Positions 57,292 to 64,000 of a DNA stretch of 64,000 nt are shown in pieces. A model generated the notes under the pieces. That model saw nothing but the letters and a program-made list of their open reading frames with translations, ran no database searches and was not told where the DNA came from. Position 1 is the first letter of the stretch, and each line of letters starts with the position of its first letter. Source of the DNA: Eledone cirrhosa. Its lineage: Eukaryota. Position numbers and translations under genes: made by a program. The DNA is taken from NCBI GenBank assembly GCA_964016885.1, contig OZ024741.1, positions 140,616,001 to 140,680,000 on the forward strand, read 5' to 3'.

Positions 57292-58974
57292 CATAAATAT
57301 ACATATTTTTTAATAGAAATACTTATACAATTTCTTACTCTACGACTCCTAACCTTGCACATAACATCACAGCTTCAAATTTAGCTAAACTACCTAGCCG
57401 TAGGAACACGTGCAACCCTGTATTTAGTAATAACTGTAATTGTAGGAATCGGGTTGATTGCCCCCTATCCGGGAAATGCCTCTCTAGTAACATTGTCTAC
57501 AAATGTGAGGTTGAAACACCCACGTCCCGTAGGGCCTACATAGGGTTAACCGCCAATAGATTCAAGCAGCGTCTTTACATGGATACCCATTCTTTTCGTT
57601 ACCCTCTAAGAAGGAATATGACGTCACTTTCAGCTTATATCTGGAGTCTAAAAGACAACCACACCAAATATAAATTACACTGGGAGATCCTAGCTAGGGC
57701 TAGATCGTATAACGGAAATAAAAGACCATGTGACCTCTGCACCGCTGATGCCCTGGAAATACTCCACGCCACAGACCACATCTTAAACAAAAAATCTAAG
57801 GCAATTTCGGCTTGTTAACATAAATTGCACAAGACTTTCCTGTATTACAGCCCCACGTTATACCCGAACGGATAGTACGATCTATACGTGGATATTTTAC
57901 GTCTTGATGTGTTAGCTAAGTATATGTTTTCTTTATACAAATACTTATTTGCATAGGTAAGTATATATATCCTGTATGTTTTGTGAAGGTACGTATACCT
58001 TCCCGTACGTATATTTGATTGTATATGTTATGGCGTATAATTTTATATATCCTGGTACATATGGTTTGGTTATGTGTATACGGGAGTTTTGCGTCTGTGT
58101 GAGTATGCAGGTTCGTACGTATGTAGGGTGTGTCTATATGTGTACTTCATGTTTTGGTTGACTTACGTCTCCGAACATTTGTGTATTTACATGTAGGTAT
58201 GTGTGTGCGCTTGTTATATACGTATTAATTTATTTATATACGTTTATTTAATTATTTATTTATTTGTATACACGCATACACACACACACACATATTTATA
58301 TGTGCGTGGTTTTGTATACCTATGGTAAGTGTTTTCGCGTATGCTTGTGTATGTACGTATTTGTATGCGTGTATGTATTTATTTAATTTCTATTACTTCG
58401 GTATTGTATTTATTTACTTTGTTCTTAAACTTGAAGCGGAGATTCATTCGGTCTCCTAGTTAGAATTTTAGTCTACGACTTCAGCTACACCATTTACGTG
58501 GTTTTGTCTTTTCGTGCAATTGTTCTCCATGCTACACATATGACGTACTATCTTCGTTTTTTCCGTTCATTGCCAGAGAACGTGTCTATGAACCACCTAA
58601 GAGAACATTATTCTACGACCTCATTTATACCATTAACGTGGTTCTGTCTTTGCGCGTAATTGTTTTTCACCGCTCCTATTAATGACGTATTATATTCGTT
58701 TTTTCCCGTTCTTTGCCAGGGAACGTTTCCACAAGCCAAAGTATCGTCTTCCCGTCTTCCTCCGGTTGCAACGTTTTTTGAAATATCCACTTCTGCGTTT
58801 ACAGATTGACTTTGTTAGTTTCAGAAGATCACATTAAGGGTGAAAGTAGCGATTCTTTGCTTAAACTTTAATCTGTTATTTTAATAAACATTTGCTCTAC
58901 GGTTCTTATATATTTGATATATATTTATCCTTATCGAGCCCTCTTTGGATTTTAGTCTTCAAATTTATTATTAT

Positions 58975-58978
<4 letters not shown>
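57292..58978 (+). mobile_element. 5'-truncated Penelope-like element: thumb/linker + GIY-YIG endonuclease, long 3' region ending in the family X module; (TA)n on both sides
   Basis: One frame from ~57309 to 57818 reads [14 protein letters not shown]...CNCRNRVDCPLSGKCLSSNIVYKCEV...AYIGLTANRFKQR...TSLSAYIWSLK...WEIL...CDLC...ILNKKS...C*HK. There is an internal ~140-bp tandem duplication at 58497 and 58637. Confidence 0.82.
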
Positions 58979-59024
<46 letters not shown>

Positions 59025-59132
59025 ACAAGCGCAAGCGGAAATTATATTCATATTGGAAAATAATATGATTAATGAATGTAAATTATTTCTATACAAGACC
59101 TCACAAACTGCGGTTATATATCCATACAGAAT

Positions 59133-59201
<69 letters not shown>

Positions 59202-59232
59202 GTCTGTATATATATATATATATATATATATG

Positions 59233-60293
<1,061 letters not shown>

Positions 60294-60304
60294 TATATAT
60301 ATAT

Positions 60305-60772
60305 ATCTATCTAAGGCGGGTAAAATTCCCGAGATCCATGGACGAGTTCTCTCCAGCGGTCTCTGTCCCTCATTATCGCTGCCATATCCTGCATCTCCAA
60401 CAGACCAGTGTCTGTCCTGAGGGCATCAACATATGTTAACCTTGGTCTTCCCCTTCTAGTGTGTCCATGTAGGGGCTCCCAAAGGAGCACTGAGTGCAAT
60501 GTCAACTCTGGATGTCGGTGAGCATGTCCAGCCAACCTCAGTCTCCTCTGTGTCACTTTTGAGCTGACTTTTGGGATGCTCCCATACAGCTCTGAGTTTT
60601 TCATCCTCAGTGTATACTGATTAATGTTCAGAGCCATCCTCAGCATTCTCGTGTAGCACCCATCCACCATCTGAGTGAGTCTCTTGGTCAGTGTCCAAGT
60701 CTCAGACCCATACAGCAGCACAGACTCCACTACAGCAATGAAGAGGCGGATTTTCAGATGTAGTTTAATGTC
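60305..60772 (-). mobile_element. RTE-clade non-LTR retrotransposon 3' fragment
   Basis: KIRLFIAVVESVLLYGSETWTLTK...RMLRMALNI...RRLRLAGH...RGRPRLTYVD. Confidence 0.85.
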
Positions 60773-60994
60773 CTGGGTATGACATTAAACTACATCCAGT
60801 GGCAAGGCTCCAGTTCGGGAGTTCAGGCGATGTGGGGAATGTGGAGTTACTCCTTAGTTGTCATGACTCCCAGGTCTGCCATGGCCCGGGGTCGTAGTAC
60901 CTGTTAGGGCTCCATTTATGGGTTAAATAACTACCTTATTCGAGTGGCGCCGGTAAGGTATTGTCAGCCATTGAAAAGAAATATGGAGAGTCGA

Positions 60995-61048
<54 letters not shown>

Positions 61049-61277
61049 AATGGAAGTTTAGTAAAATTGAACTTTCGGCTGTAGCCAAGCCAACGAAATA
61101 GAATCGGGATTTATGGAACCAAGCACTCGATGAGAAAGCTCAGGGTAATAACATTCGTTAGACGACATGACAAATTGAAAACTGTGGTAGGCAACACCGA
61201 AGCAACGAAAAAACCAACAGGTTAATAAACAAACCTCGACCATCTTGGAGGCAGATCGTAATTTCTCCGATAGGTTT

Positions 61278-61321
<44 letters not shown>

Positions 61322-61324
61322 GTA

Positions 61325-61510
61325 TATAATTGTTTCTACTTTTGACATAAGGCCAGCAATTACCCAGTGCATTACTGGTACTTTATTTTATCGACCCCAT
61401 AAGGGTGAAAGGCAAAGTTAACCTCTGCGGGATTGAACTCAGAATCGCAAGGGCCGTAACTCTATCGGTCAAAGCATGGTGTCCGACCCTCTACCAATAC
61501 TGCCAATCCA
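61325..61510 (-). mobile_element. tRNA-derived SINE, near full length
   Basis: A-box-like tggcagtattgg, B-box-like gagttcaatcc, and the core shared with 48486-48670. Confidence 0.8.
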
Positions 61511-64000
61511 CGGGAATTAGGGTCGAAAATTATCAAAAGGGTAACCCCTCAAGTGTGTTGTGTTGACCTGTACCAAATAATAGTCTATGCGTAGCTAGAA
61601 TCCAGCAGATAGTGATAGCCACATTCAAGACTACAGCTACTACAACAACAACAACAACAACGACAACAACAGCAAACACCAACCATTTGTGTATATATAT
61701 AGTTCAGAGGCAATATATCTATAGCACAAAAACGTACACTCTCTTCGGTTCTGCCGACATGCGTTAGATTTGAATCTGACAACGGAGCAGACTACCCGTG
61801 AAATAAACATGCAATTGGCCGAGCATTCCACAGAAATGTCCACCCTTAAAATTTTCTCGGTGAGATTCAGTGTGACAAGACAAAACTGATTACAGGTACA
61901 GCTTATTTTAATCTAGTTGCGTGATATGGAGCTCAAAATGCCACCGGGTATCTATCGCGAAACTAATGCGCTAAGCACGTGCCTTCACGGATTACAGGTG
62001 ACATCCACTCAAGAAATACCTTTGAATTCAAGATAGTAGTTTCACATTTGCAGACCCTTTTTTTTCTTATAGACGGAAAAAAAACCCCTAGATGAAGTGA
62101 AATTTAGGGTTCATCTCTCTGCAGGTTTAACTGGTCTCATACAAGGTGGTTTCACGGATTTAATAATGGTAGGGACCCCATATTGTTTGAAATACTGTGA
62201 GATTCTATCGAGGAACCATAATATTTCCGTATTTTAAACGAAAACAAATAATAAATACTGCGCAAAAAGAGACATTACAACTGAAAAGGATATCAGTAAT
62301 AGTTTATAATGGGATTAAACCGCAGTAATCTCACAGAATCTGCAGAAATTTAATTATTGAAATCTGTGGGAAGGAATTTTAATGAGGCAAACGTAATGTT
62401 GAACTTATTCCCTAATTAATTATCTGAATACTCTGATAATATATAAGTTGTGTGGAAGACGATGATTCGGTTGATTCGTAGGATTGAATGCCATGTGGTA
62501 TTCTGTGTTCTCCCTACAAATCCCACCGATGTCAGTTTGCATTTCATCATCTCAAGATTGATATATATATATATAGCCATCCCAGTACTGTGGTTTATCG
62601 ACACCTCTCTCTCTCTCCCTAGCCCCTCTTTCTCCCCTACCCCCTATATCACCCTACCCCCTTTCTCTCTATGTATCCCTCTCTCTCTCTCTATACCCCT
62701 CTCTCTCTCCCTTAATGGTTCTCTTCACATTTTCTTGATATAGTCTGTTGTGCACAGACCTGGAGGGCACGCTGTGTATCCTGACAACACCCCTATATTA
62801 CCATCAAGGGGGCCGAAACAATACAAGAATGCGTGAAAAATATGCGTGAAAAAAGAAAATATTGTAGCAATGTTCATGTCTGTGTTGGGGTAAGAAAATG
62901 TTCATTTGAAACCAGATACATTGAATGCAAAAAGTGAATCTTTCTTTTTTTTATTTCTTGCTAAGAAATTACAAGCCATTACGAAATTCCTAGGAATAAT
63001 AATTCTTCTGAAACTTTACGTAGTACATTTTCTAGTGATTAAACGTGATTCCAGGTTTAAATGCTTAATGAAATATTGGATAAAATCACGAACAACCTAG
63101 CTCTTTCAGTTTCATGGAAATATCCTTACGTTGCTTCAAGTGATATAGCATTACGTATTTGATTGCTTAAATCATTATAAAATGTCATGTTCCCTGTGCA
63201 GAAACTAAACAACGCTCTTTTTAATTTACGGATTATGTCCACATCTCATCATATTGATAATAACCATATAGAATACTTAATGTCTGGGGATAAATTATCA
63301 TTATTTCTGGGATAGTGGTTAGGCTGAATTGTTAAGTTACTCAACTTTACTTCACAGTTCAAATCCTCTAGAGTTTGACTTTATTTTCAGAAATCAATGA
63401 CGTAGTACCTATGAAGTTCAGATCAATGTTTTACCTTTTATTTTTATGGAGTTGATAAAATAAACTTCTGATTTCCCATCCACAAAAGAAATGTTCGTTT
63501 GCCTATTTTAGAAAACAATTGGTATAGCTTTATTTTCATGACAGGACTCAAATGTTGAAATACGTATTCAGATTCAATGACTTAAGCATACATGGTATCT
63601 ATTCATAGTCATCACATTGGTAAATTCGTTAAGGCGTTGGAATAAATTCCTATTCATTTGGTACGGTTCAGTGAGCTCTGATTTCAAATTCAACCGAAGT
63701 CAGGATTGCATTATGCCATTCCAGGATCGATAAATAATTTCCAGTGCTAGAGGGGTAATTTGGCAGATTTGTTAAATATTAGTACATCTTGTTTTTTGCT
63801 ATCCGTTCCCCCTAAGTACCTTATAATTTCAAATACTGAATCCTGCCAGAGAATCTTGACCTGTAATCACTATCAGCAATTATGAGGCCAAATTAAGCAG
63901 TTAAGTGTAATGATCGGTGCTCTTTATTTTGCTTAGAAGAATTGTGGGACTATATTATATATTGAATATAAAATACGATCGTTTGAAGAATGTTTATTCT

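Noticed and set aside
62130-62400. Possible Tc1/mariner remnant (tacaaggtggtttca...)
   Set aside because: No matching second TIR or convincing transposase motif.
63310-63870. tRNA-like A/B-box segments (also 49830-50020)
   Set aside because: No cloverleaf; most likely old SINE relics too decayed to delimit.

Overview
AT-rich animal genomic DNA with no recognisable host gene. The SINEs resemble ones I recall from octopus, so an octopod cephalopod is likely (inference, not searched). (1) 107-19614 is a (TA)n-flanked, very homogeneous tandem array of a ~472-bp monomer: 40 complete units, a partial unit, and an inverted partial unit at the left end. Each unit carries a minimal type I hammerhead ribozyme motif (aacggtg-CTGATGA-tagctaacaagctt-GAAA-ctagTA^catcgtt) and an octamer motif. 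The forward array begins at the predicted self-cleavage site, so this looks like a retrozyme-type self-cleaving satellite. The ORFs called over it are spurious. (2) 22.4-45.2 kb is a head-to-tail stack of five Tx1/L1-clade non-LTR retrotransposons, all on the minus strand and separated only by (GATA)n or (TAA)n tails, with splice-donor motifs at conserved positions. (3) 45.6-64 kb holds a decayed R4/Dong-like element, tRNA-derived SINEs, a diverged relative of the 472-bp unit, Penelope-like element (PLE) RT and GIY-YIG remnants, several (TA)n-flanked fold-back modules (one with a second, unrelated hammerhead), a mariner end and an RTE fragment. Working hypothesis: a PLE-mobilised, (TA)n-targeted hammerhead retrozyme family whose insertions invert at the ribozyme and can expand into satellite.
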